Source of the DNA: Paramecium tetraurelia
Lineage: Eukaryota
NCBI GenBank assembly: GCA_000165425.1
Contig: CT868002.1
Location: 186,001 to 250,000, forward strand
Reading direction: 5' to 3'
DNA length: 64,000 nucleotides
The notes under the pieces were generated by a model. The model saw only the letters and a program-made list of their open reading frames with translations. It made no database searches and was not told the origin of the DNA. The translations under genes were made by a program, and so were the position numbers. Of this stretch, positions 1 through 12,331 are shown piece after piece (position 1 is the stretch's first letter; the number at the start of each line of letters is the position of its first letter).

Positions 1-2325
1 AAGATTTGTAGATTTTAATTAATGGAGATTAAACTATGATAGGAGAAAAGGGAATCAATTTATCAGGAGGACAAAAAGCAAGAATCAGTTTGGCCAGGGC
101 TATTTATAGTGATTCTGATATCATTCTTTTGGATGATCCATTAAGTGCTGTTGATGCTCATGTTGGGAATTTCATCATGAAAGAATGTTTATTAAGCAAA
201 TTAAAATCAACTACTAGAATTCTGATCACTCATGCTTTAAATTATTGTAAATATACAGATTATATTTACCTATTTGAAAAGGGAGAAGTGATTGAGCAAG
301 GTGCTTATAGAAGTATGCTCAAAAGTTAAAAGTTTTAGGAAATTAAAACAAAGTTTAACAATAATTATAATGAAGATTTAGAAGATTCCCTATTGATTTC
401 CAATCCATTAGAAAGTCTAGTGAAGCATACTAAATCTGAAAATAATAACAATATTAGTACCATTAGTACTATCACTCAATTGAATTAATCTTAGTAAGAT
501 GAAGTGGATGATCTTATGATATTAGAAGAGAGATAGAAAGGTAACATTAATTATGAAGTCTTCTTGTAATATTTTGCTCATAATGGAGGTTGTCTAAGTT
601 TCTCCTTAGTGATGATGATTATGGTTGTCTGGGTATTTTGTTACTTAGGTTCTAGCATATGGATTTCAAAGTGGGCTGCTTTGTCATCTACTGATGAAGA
701 ATTTTCAAGAAACACATTGTACTTTTCAATCTATTTCACTTTTGGCTTTATGCAGGCTTTCTTTGCCTTTCTTAGAGCCGTTACAATTATTCATTAATCA
801 ATTAAATCAGCTTAAATAGTCCACACCAAAATGATGAACACATTGATTTATGCTCCTCAATGTTCATTTTTCGAAAGGGTACCTTAAGGTAGGATTATGA
901 ATAGACTCACTAAGGATATTAATTCATTGGATACTGAAATCTATTGGAATATCAGTTGGCTCTATACTAAAGTCAGTCAATTGATTAGTAATACTTTTCT
1001 AAATGTATATGCAAGTACCTACCTTATAATACTTCCTATTTTGGGATTCTTCCTCATATGTTTCAAAATGAACAGACTCTATATGAAAGCCTCCAGAGAA
1101 CTTCAAAGACTAGAATTAATCAGTAAAAGCCCAATTCTAAGTTATTTCACTGAAACCTTATCAGGATTATCTACAATCAGGGCTTATTAACAAACTAATG
1201 AATTTCTCTACAATTTTTCAAGAAAAATAGACACCAATAAAAAAATATATTACAAATAGGTTGAATCAAATGCATGGTTTTTATAAATCTTAGGATTGTC
1301 TAGTCTGATTGTAAACATCTCAGCTATTGTTTATTGCATCTATTACACTCAAAACCCAGCATTTGCAGGACTTCTAATGACATATGCCTCCAATATAGAC
1401 ATAAACATTCTTCAAACAGTTGAATCTTTAAGCCTATTAGAAAATGGCATTATTTCCTTTGAACGATGTTTAGCATACACAAAGTAACATTAATATCTTA
1501 TCATTAAGTGTAAAATCAGAGAAAAGAAATGAAAATAATGTCAGAGTGTAAAATTGGCCAAGACTTGGTGAAATCCAATTTGCTAACTTCTCTGTCTAAT
1601 ATCGTTCGAACCTCCCTCCTGCATTAACCAATTTAAATTTCAAAATTGATACCAAGGAAAAAATTGGAGTTGTTGGTAGAACTGGAGCTGGCAAATCATC
1701 CATCACCTTGAGTCTTTTAAGGATCTTAGAATCCTTAGAAGGACAAATACTAATTGATGGTGTTGATATTTCAACTTTATCCCTTAAGCAATTAAGGGAA
1801 TCAATCACAATCATCTTACAAGATGCTGTAATATTCAATGCTACCATAAAAGAAAATCTAGATCCTTTAAGTCAAAGATCAAATGAAGAAATTTTAACCG
1901 CCATTAATTAATGTTGTTTGAATAGGTTAATCAGTAATAGGGATGGGCTAATGACTAAAATTTCAGAAGGTGGAGACAATCTAAGTGCTGGTGAAAAATA
2001 ATTAATTTGTATCGCTAGAGCTATATTAAAAAAAACAAAAATTGTGATTATCGATGAAGCCACTGCAAACATTGATGTAGACACAGAACATAAGATTTAA
2101 TAAGTTATTTAATCCGCATTTCAAAATTGCACTGTACTAACTATTGCTCATCGTATAAATACAATATTACATTGTGATAAGTATTAAATTTACTATTAAT
2201 CTAGAATTATAGTTATTGATAAAGGGTAGTTGAAAGAATATGGATTCACCCAAGAATTATTAAACGATAAGAATTCTACATTCTATTCGATATATTAAGA
2301 AGCACTATAAAATGAAGCTCACTGA
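1..2325 (+). CDS. ABC transporter subfamily C (MRP-like), 3' part: end of NBD1, TMD2 and NBD2
   Basis: NBD1 has GEKGINLSGGQKARISLARA and LLDDPLSAVDAHVG. NBD2 has GVVGRTGAGKSS, LSAGEKQLICIARA, IDEATANID and IAHRINT. Introns at 1484-1508 and 2181-2204; TGA at 2323-2325. The 5' end lies outside the window. Confidence 0.93.
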
Positions 2326-2418
2326 TCATTGATTCAAAAAAATTAATGAAGATTATTATTCCTTTATTGTTTATATTCAAAATAAAACCAATATTTAAAT
2401 TTCAAAATACTAAAATTA

Positions 2419-5400
2419 TCATTAAAAATTTATCATCTTTTTCTAATCCAAATTTTTTAGATTTTTCACTGGAAATTTTTCAAAATATTCGGATACCTAT
2501 TTTAAGGATGAAAATAGCTCCTATGAAAATTAAGTGTTATCTGTATTTGTTTATATAAAAAGAAAAATTTCTTAAAAGTAGACCACAGTGTCATAACAAG
2601 TAATTTGTTATTGATTTTTTTTTTTTAATAAGTATTAATTTAAAAAGCATAAGCTTGATCGTAAAACTGGAGATTTTATCTGGTTATATATTTCGGATAA
2701 TACACATTAAGATTCTATCTTCTTAATTTCTTCATTCAAATAATCAATACTAACTTCCATTAATACATCTTTTTCACTTATTTTCATTATTTATCCATTT
2801 AAGTATAGGTATTATTTTGCTTTTAATATTTTTAGGTCCTCTAAACAAGATATTTCACAAATTCTCAAAAAATATTCTGATATAATTTTCTCGTTAGAGT
2901 GACTTGCTTATTGTAGTTTTTATAAAGCGTGCTAGATTGTAGCAAGAAAACAAGACACATACAATATCACATCCATTTAGCCTTCAAATTATCTTATCAT
3001 TTTTAAAACCTTAGGACAATCGTTATCTCTAGGAGAATTCATTGAACTAGGAGGTAATTCCATATACTGAAAATTGGGTTGGCCAATATACTACTGATTT
3101 TAATTATTTTATTAATATTATTGTTATGATTATTATTATTATTACTAATATTGTTTTTGTTATAAATATTATTACTATTACTATTATTACTATTATTGCT
3201 ATTATTATTACTATTATTGCTATTAGTATTATTGTTATTGTTATTGTTATTGTTATTGTTATTGTTATTGTTATTGTTATTGTTATTGTTACTAGTGTTA
3301 TTATGACTGTTATTAAAAATATTATTGTTATTAGTTTTATGAGTATTATTATTAGTTTTACTAAATTTAGTATTAGTTTAATTATTAGTTCTATTACTAT
3401 TATTATTGTTATTAGTATTAGTGTTGTTGCTAGTATTATTATTAGTTTTATTACTATTATTAGTATTAAATATGGTTTTGATTTTCCTAAGGAAATTTTT
3501 CAGAATTCTACTTAGAATTTTCTTGAATCTACTCAACATTTAAGAAAAGGACATTTTATTTATTTTAAATTTTATCATTATCTTTATCTTTATTTCCAAA
3601 ATGATTTTTTTAGTTTTATTCCTCAAAACTTTAAACATTAGTGGGTTCGATCGCTTATCCCTATATTGGGGCTATTTGTTTAATCTTTCCCGATCCATTA
3701 GATTTATTCTGCTATTATTGGTTTACATTAGCATTATGATCTTACTCTTATTAGTTTTAAATCATTTATAAATCATAAATATTTTAGCCACTTTTTTAGG
3801 AATCCTTAACAGTGTTCAATTCTTTTTATAGTTATTCCCAAGTTATTCGACTTTATGGTTCATAAAGAGTCATGTTCTCAATATAATATTTTAATTTATC
3901 TCGAAGAACACTATTTTCAATTCCTCTATTTAGAGGACATTTAAGAGGATTAAATTATAAATTTTATTATTTTTTAATTAAATCGTCTAAAGATTAAACA
4001 TTTAAATAGTAGTTTTCATAAATTAAATAATACAAAATGGTTCCGAGCTAAAATAAATTAAATTAATACTGAAAAGATGTCGCATTAGTAATCATATTGT
4101 TTTCCATCAATAACTTCTGGAGCAGAAAATATTGGTGTTCCTGCCACAGTGACTGCTAAATTTTAATCAGCTATGATTTTCCCTACCCCAAAATCTATGA
4201 TCTAACGTAATACAATATCAGAAGTACTTTATAGATTGGAATTTCTTTCTCATGTTTGACAAGAATATTCTAAGGCTTCAAATCTCTGTGTATTATATCT
4301 AAATCTTTCAAATAACAATAACCATTGACAATTTGCTTAAGCATATCCATAATTTCTTCATCTCTAAGTTTTCTATTTTTTTTTTTGAAATATTCTTCAA
4401 TATTGGATTCACATATCTCCATAATTAAAAATGTTGATTGTTCATCTTATGACAGAATGATATCCAAAATCTCTATAACATTTTTATTCTTTTTGTGTTA
4501 TTTTATTAATTTCTCATAGATCTCTTATTCTCTTTAACCTTCTACTTGAGTGATGTCAATTATTTTAGCACACAAGTTCTGGTTAGTCTCCAAATTTTCA
4601 ACAAAGTATGTCACTCCCTAAGAACCTCTACCAAGAGATTAATTAAGATTTATATAGTATTTATTCTTTAATAAATGGAAGTTTGGATGCAATTAATTGA
4701 GCATAGATAATTGTTTCCAAGTGATTCGATCATTCTAATAATATTCTAACATCTTTCCTATTAGATTCTTTAAAAATTAATCTACTCCGTCTTAGTTTTC
4801 TAGGCGATCCATAAATCTATTTCTAATTAAATCCTCTTAAAATTTCTTAAGATCTTATACATTGTTAATTCCTTCTGTAGGTTTAACCTTGTAGCATAAT
4901 TAAAATAATATAATTCCAAGCTAAAGGATATTGATTATCTTACTAAAAATATATCGGTTTATAAGTTAATGTCTAAAGAATTATTTAATTCTTCTGGAGC
5001 CTTGTAATGCGAAAAATTATATGCTGACTTCTATTCGCTGTTGAAGAAATTAATAAATATCTTGATTAAGATTTTTTGGTTTTTTAATTTCCTAATTAAA
5101 ATGTTTGAAGGGGATAGTTCCAAAGACTGATTTGTATATTTTGCTATATGAATATATGCGTTAATTATCTAACTCAAAATATCATATATTTCTTCTGAAG
5201 AAAATGGATGCGATTTTCTATTGAGCATATATTAATATAAAGTGAAATCGCATTGTTCTATTTAAATTAAAATGTCCTCATTCCTTTAAATCTTGTTTGT
5301 TATTGAAATTATGTTAAAGCATTCATTCTTTTTTATCACATCAAATAAGTTTTAGTTAAAATGAATATTTTAATTGATTTTCCCTTGCACTATATAAAAT

Positions 5401-5504
5401 TTTTATTTTGTTTCAGTATTTGTAAACGCGATCAATTAACAGACTGTTCCTCGCATAATAGAGGTTTGATCATAATTTTCTAAATGCTCTGGGTCAAAAT
5501 TCAT
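2419..5504 (-). CDS. Protein kinase with an N-terminal degenerate kinase-like domain and a poly-Gln tract
   Basis: Ciliate-code frame gives LGRGSQG, IIHRDLKPQNIL, IIDFGVGK and AGTPIFSAPE. Tiny introns near 4048-4069 and about 4203-4228. ATG at 5504, TGA at 2421-2419. Confidence 0.85.
3100..3470 (-). repeat. Low-complexity triplet/hexamer repeat, (TTATTG)n on the + strand, encoding a poly-Gln tract
   Basis: Runs of TAA/CAA/TAG codons on the minus strand in the kinase frame, in the same register as the TGA at 2419. Confidence 0.85.
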
Positions 5505-5609
5505 TTATAGAATAATAATTAAGAGTTTTTATATTTATTTTCTAATAATTATTCATAAATCATGAAGGATTTTTTTTTGATTTTATTTATATGATGCGAT
5601 TTACAAAGA

Positions 5610-6341
5610 ATGGATAATTTTTTTTAATAGTTCTAAGTATTAACAAAAATTAAAGTATGTGTTAAATAATTAATGATTTATGATTTTGATTAAGAAGCTA
5701 TTTCATAAAGAAAAACAAAACTCTAGTTATTGTTAAATAGGAATAATAATAAGTAGAGATTTTTTTGTTATCGTCAACATTAAATAGTTAAACAAGTATC
5801 CGAACCTCCAAAAAGAGTTTTTTCATATTCTCGCTCTATAAGACATTTCTAGGAGATAATGTCTAAAACGGGATCTATAAGTTTGAATAAAAAGGCTATT
5901 ACTTTATTTCTAAAAAGAGATGATCACACAGAGAAGCGGTCTTACGACGAGATAATGAAAGTTACAAACTCAAAGATGATATAGACTGATAATATAAATC
6001 AAGATGACTATGGTTTTAGGACAGAAAGAAATTATTTGTAAAAACAACAATCACCATATATCAAATAAAGGAAATTCAGTTAGCATCTAAACATTAAAGA
6101 TAAAGTTCCGAATAAACCCTACATTTAACAGACAATAGAGAGGTCTGTAGTTTCAACTTATAAAACCATCAGAAGTTCAAAAAAACATACTTTTCAAAAT
6201 GAAGTTTTGCAATAAAAAATGGATTATATGTTAACTCAAAAAATCACAGAATAAGAACAACAATACAACAAGAACAAACAGAAATAAATTGATCTTTATT
6301 CGAATGATAATATATTTACAACAATAACTCACAGATATTGA
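5610..6341 (+). CDS. Hypothetical protein
   Basis: Uninterrupted ciliate-code ORF from ATG 5610 (MDNFFQQFQ...) to TGA 6339-6341; no motif recognised. Confidence 0.55.
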
Positions 6342-7523
6342 TCAAATCATAAACTCTTCCATAATTCCACATAATTTATCAATTGCTATTTATGGAATAG
6401 GCAAATATAAGCATATTCTACATCCACCTAAAGCTCTATGTCCTTTCACTTCAATAATGCCATTATTTTTGCATACCTCAATAAATTTATTTGTTTCAAA
6501 CTCATCCTTTAAAGTAAATGTAATATTAATTCTTGATCTTTATTCTTTCTTCACTTGATTTATAAACACTCCATGACTATTATCTATAACTGTATATAAC
6601 TATTGGGATCTTTTTTTACAGTATTGATCCCAGAAATCTAAAGATCCTTACTTTCTAATCCAATCAAAAACCAATGTATTAACATAGATTGGGAAAATTG
6701 GAAGATTACTGATTAGTGATTGTTTTTTAAGCATTTCCTTGAAATCCCACATATATGGAATATTCTGATTATTTTGGACAAGTTCAGGTTTTATAATCAT
6801 CAACGTTGACCCTGCAATACCAATGTTTTTTTGTGCATGTGCATAAACTAAGTCCAATTTATTCCAATCCAAAGGTCTTATTAGTTGATTTAATATACTT
6901 AGTCAAGAAATTGGAACTCATGTCTGTTACAGTTGGAACACTTCCTAATTTGGGAATAAACTGATATTCTAACCCTTCAACAGTTTCATTATCACAGTAA
7001 TGAAGATAGGAGTCTTCTTTATTTATATTCCATTATTCAAATTCAGGAACAAATCTTTTGCCAAATTTATCTTACTTCAATTAAATATAATCGTACGGCA
7101 GTGTTCGTAGCAACATTTACATTTTAACAGAATTTTTAAGATTCCTCTAGAGCTTTTGATGACCAATATCCTGTATTTGTATAAGATGCAGAACTATTTT
7201 ATGTTTTCAATAAATTCATAGGTATTGCTTCAAATAATAATGATGCTCCACCTTAACAAAAGATTATTTTATATTAGTTTGGTATCTATAGTCATTATGG
7301 TATTTAAATTTACGTTTAAAAGTGATTACAAATCATTAATAGCTTAGTCTAATATTTGATGATATTCATGATCATATTTTGAGAATTCTAAAATTGATTT
7401 ACCATTCGGTTAAATAAATTCTTATTCCAATTTGTGCAATACCGATCGAGGAAGTTGAGTTGGTCCTCCAGCAAATGAAAATTTACCCCAAAATGTTGGA
7501 TTATTTTCATATTAATCAATCAT
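6342..7523 (-). CDS. serC: Phosphoserine aminotransferase (SerC/PSAT1 family)
   Basis: Motifs FSFAGGPTQLP, CQGGASL, YCDNETVEG, DMSSNF, the PLP-lysine motif AHAQKNIGIAG, and GHRALGGCRICLY; three tiny introns. Confidence 0.93.
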
Positions 7524-9581
7524 TTATTTATATATTTCATATTTCCAGTCAATTACTTTTATATCAAAGAGAATTCTATTGTGTCAATGCATTCTTAATT
7601 GGTTTCATATTCTACTCTATCTCCTTTGAATCCAGGGTTCTTGAATCCTGTGATTTTCAAGCCTTCAGGAATTTTGATAGATTTTATATCAAATTCTATT
7701 TATCCCTAAATTTGAATTATTTATGTACATCTTTAAGTGATTCAAGATTGTCACAAATCCTAGATGATTATCCTTTGTAGTTACATTCACTAAAGACTTC
7801 AATGCACTCCTTTAATGGTGAATATAAGAGTAGAAACTCTCTGAATCCCCATGAAGCTTCGTCTGCAGTCTTTGATAATGTGCTTTTGAAATCCACAGTC
7901 AATTCTGATTAAGAATGAGGAATGATTTTATCAATTTTCATTATTCTTTCTTTCCAATTTCCATTCTAATTACCGCAAATATCACTTTAACCAGGATCAT
8001 TCCAACCCAAAAATTAACTCCAAAATTCTTAGTTATCAACAAACATTGTCAATTCTTCTCCATCCCATTAATCAATTTTATATACAGTTGCTTTAATTCT
8101 AACAAAATCATGTTTTGGTAATTGAAACACTTTTTAAACTGATGCTTTCTAAAATTATAAATAGTATTATAAATAATTACTTTTCCAAAAGCTTTGTATC
8201 CTCCTACTAATCCTAAATCTCCACATTGTGAAGTTGGTGGATTTGGAGCAGCAGCATCAAGATCCTAAAATGTCCATCCATCAACTTTATTAAATTACTC
8301 AGGAGTAAAGAACTCTTTAGATAAGATATACCATTCATTTTTGTTAATACATTTTCCATCTTACAATAAATGTGTTGGTTAACATTTGGTACATTCATTT
8401 TCAGCTGTTCCAACACATTCTTCACAAAACTTTGTGCATTATGCTGCAAACAAAAAGAAATCCCTAACTCCCCATGACTATTCATCAGGGTCATTTTTCA
8501 ATGAAGTAGTAAAGGATATAGTTAAAGTTGGACTTGAATGTTTTTAAATAATCTCAATTGATACAATTTTCTCTCCATAACCAGGATCTGTTGATTTACT
8601 AATATATAGGGAATGTCTTACGCTCCACACAAGTCAATTCCATCTGTTTTTTAGAATGCCAATTTCTAGACTTATTTGTCGTCAATTTTCACATAGAATT
8701 CTTCATTATCCCATAAATCAATCTAAATAAATGTATAATTTTACCTTCCAAAAAGTAAATTTCACCATAATTTTACTATGAGGGACTAAGTTTGTAATTG
8801 TATTTGACAATAAAGCTTTAGCACCAACATTTTCATATCCTCCAAATATTACAATTCCAGAACATTCATATCCTTTTGGTTTACCATTCTCTAATTTCCA
8901 TCCTTCCAATTTGGTATCTACATGGAACCAACTCAATGCCTCTTGATTCCAATGTTTGCACTCTTACACTTTGTCATTATGACATATGCCACACTCTGAT
9001 GGACATGGAATAAGAGATATTTTCATTTGTCTAAATCCCCAAGCTTAAACGTCTGCTTTTCCTTAAGAAGTGGTAGCCAAAACAGTTGTAACTGTGGGTG
9101 AATTATGAAGTATTTCAAACTCAACATCGAAAACCTTATCACTATTTTTTGATTCGGATCCTCCACATAGACGTATTCCTCCTTCAGTAAATCCCCACTT
9201 CATTTCCCAAGGAACTCCATCCACATAAACAGAAAATACATCATTTTCCCATTCTCCAATTCTAAAAATATATGACTATATAATCTCAATACTTCCATAG
9301 TTGCAGATTGAACTTTAACTTGTAATGAGGTGGTATTTTCATCAATTTAGTTGCTGTACTTTTTGTACCGAAACTCTTGAATCCCCCCACAATATTCTTA
9401 CCACTACATTTTGTAATTATATCTGTAGTTGCTTCAAATTAATTTTATATCACCCAACCTTTATATTATTTTTCATTTTACCATCCAAAGAATCAAATTC
9501 TTCCTTCTAGAATGCCTCATATGTTGTGATCCACTATGTATTACCTAACACTAATAGTGCAATAATAAATAATAATTTCAT
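7520..9581 (-). CDS. Secreted Cys-rich protein with three repeated domains and a C-terminal beta/gamma-crystallin-like domain
   Basis: Signal peptide MKLLFIIALLVLG. Three repeats of FGG(F/Y)...PH.K....W..D.W separated by CxxC (furin-like) segments. C-terminus ECNYKG...IKSIKIPEGLKITGFKNPGFKG. Confidence 0.7.
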
Positions 9582-9605
9582 TATAATAAAAAAACGAATC
9601 TATTT

Positions 9606-11589
9606 TCATATTTATGAGTTATTTAGTATTCTTGTTACGCTCAATCGATTATTATTGAACACATTAGACTTATCAACATTTTAATATTGTTGTGGACTGT
9701 ATAAATGTTTACTGTAATTTTATTGGTCCTCAATCTAACTTGTGGATATGTACTTGCTGTGATGTTAATTGTTTTCTTGCGATGAATTTAATGACGACTA
9801 AATATATTGAAGTATCAATTACTTATTTCATCATGTCACTGTATCCTTATTAAGTGTATCTTTTTCTTTCCAAAAAATCATTTTAAAAGAATGTCTTTAA
9901 TTCTTCGTTTGGATTGAACATTGAGAAAGTGCTACTCACAGAACTTCGATTAAAATCTTCAGATCTTTTTAATTCGCTCTCCTACTACTTCCCAACACTT
10001 GAAGGTCGATACTGATAATTTATTTTTGGCGAATACTGATCCAAAACCTATTATTTATACTTGCTGAAAATAAGGATATTATCCTATGCTTAGGGATTAC
10101 CCAAAATGTTATTCCCTCTATTTGAATTCGGCCTAGAAATAGAGCCTTGAAATTAATTATAATAAGCCTATCCCATAATCTTTGGTTCATCTAATTAGGG
10201 CGACATTGGTTATTACTACTATTTGTACAAACTATTATTAGAAAATGCTCTTTTATGAAGAGATTCATTCATTTCCTGAGTAATTATCTTATTCATCTTT
10301 GAATGATTGCTATCAGAAAGATGTTCATCATGCATCTTTTTTAGTTTATCTGATGAATTAGTAAAAGAATTTCTTTCACTTGCTATTTCTAGTAGATGTT
10401 GTTTATGCAGTTTTTTATCTTAATCAAGTAAAGCCTTGATTTTAGATACTGCCTAAGTGTTTTACTATGTTTTTGTTTATCGATTTGATGCTCTGCCTTT
10501 AGAAGAAGCAGAGTGACTACTTTGTTGATTTGCATGTAAATATGAATTTTCTTCTAAAACTGGTTCTAAATTCTTTTTTGATTATTACTTTTATGAATAT
10601 TTAAATTTAGGAGATCTATTTGGTGATTTTTATTGCCCATGAGATGATTTGGATGTTTATAATAGTTATTTTTAACTAGATTATGGTTAAGCAAATGTTT
10701 AATTTGTATTATGTGTATTATGGGTATTCTGTGTATTTTAATCACTTTATTTAGTATTTGATTATGAAGATATTTATGATTATTATAACTATTACTATTA
10801 TTATTATTATTATTATTAACTATGTTAATGTTATGAATATTGTATATATTAAGGAATATAATTATCTCTTACTGGGTATCTATCTGTATCTTCAAATACA
10901 GGCAGCTCTTCAGTATCTGGGTGCTAGTAATCAACATAGTGACTCTTTTTGAAATGATTATTATTATCCTAAATAGTTTTAATAGGTTTTGGAGGTTTAT
11001 CTTTTATTAAATTGTCTCGCATAACAGATTTAATCTCTGTGTCATCCAAATGATGTTTAGAGATCGTTATATGTATTTAATTAATTGTTTGAGGTTCTAT
11101 TTGAGTTATCTTTGGAGTTATCTCCTTAGACTTTTTATGGACTAATTATTATTATTGCTATTTGAATCCAAGCGAAGCAGATCTCTTTCGATCATCATAT
11201 ATTGGGGATGCATTTTGCATTAATCTCTCATGACTTCTTTGTGTCTGCCGTTGCCTTAGCTTTAGAACATATTCATTACATTATTGAATTATTATATTGG
11301 ATCTATTGGGTTAATTTACTTATTTCATCTTTCAATTGATCTAATTCATGTCTAATATCACAAGGTTCCTGAACTTACAACAATCTGCCATACTATTGTA
11401 GTTTGCCTAAATTCAAACTAATGATTTACTTGCATAATCGATTATTTCATGTATATTTGGTTTCCCATTTGTTACATAACCCTTTTTAATAAGCTTATCA
11501 AATCCTATGACAAACACACATTTGATCATCATCTCCTAATGTTAAAAAGGGAACAAATTGATTAATGATTGTACTAGTTTCCCATTCAT
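9606..11589 (-). CDS. Hypothetical low-complexity Gln/Ser/Asn-rich protein
   Basis: Open ciliate-code frame from ATG 11589 with an intron near 11407-11429; Q-rich tract near 10770-10830; TGA at 9608-9606. Confidence 0.55.
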
Positions 11590-12331
11590 TTCCTAATTTT
11601 GAATTTTCGTTATATTAAATTTTATTGATAAATTGATAAGAACATCAATTTTTTGATTTTTTATTTATTGAATTTTGAGCCTTTATTTTTTCGAGAAATG
11701 ATTATCAATATACTTAAAATATTCTATTTCTTGATATTTTAGATTGTAATTGTTAATAGCTGAATGATAAATAATTCGAGATGTTTAAAAATGCATTTTC
11801 CTAAATTACCAGAGAATAACATAGTTTTATAAAGAATAGAAACAGTAATTCGCAATTAAATGTAAATTAAATTAAATTTTTGGTATGAAATTATGCTAAT
11901 CAAGGTGTAAGTTCCTAATATCAAATTTCAAATTAAGAATTTTACCTTATAAAGATCGAATTACTGATTTAATTTATAATAGTGATATCATTTAGTTTTT
12001 ATGATATGAAAATTTGTAAATTGATTCAATATGCAATCTTGAAAACGATAAGATGGATTAGTAGATAAACTATAAACTATAAACTTTTGTTGAATGTTAT
12101 ATCTAATTGTGACAGAGGATTGCACTCTTTTTTAAAATAAAGTTATTATACTATTCATTAATTAACTATCTTTTAATTATTTATTTGATTAAATAAATGA
12201 ACTTGTGGATTAAATGCTAGTTCGTGATGAAAAAACTAGGATTATAGATAAAATATTAATATCATTGGTATTCATCAAATCTGATTACGATGATGAAAAA
12301 CTAGAACATCTATGTATTAATTTTTTGTAAT

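Noticed and set aside
3126..3515. 129-aa Ile/Val-rich 'membrane protein' ORF
   Set aside because: Antisense reading of the kinase poly-Gln repeat.
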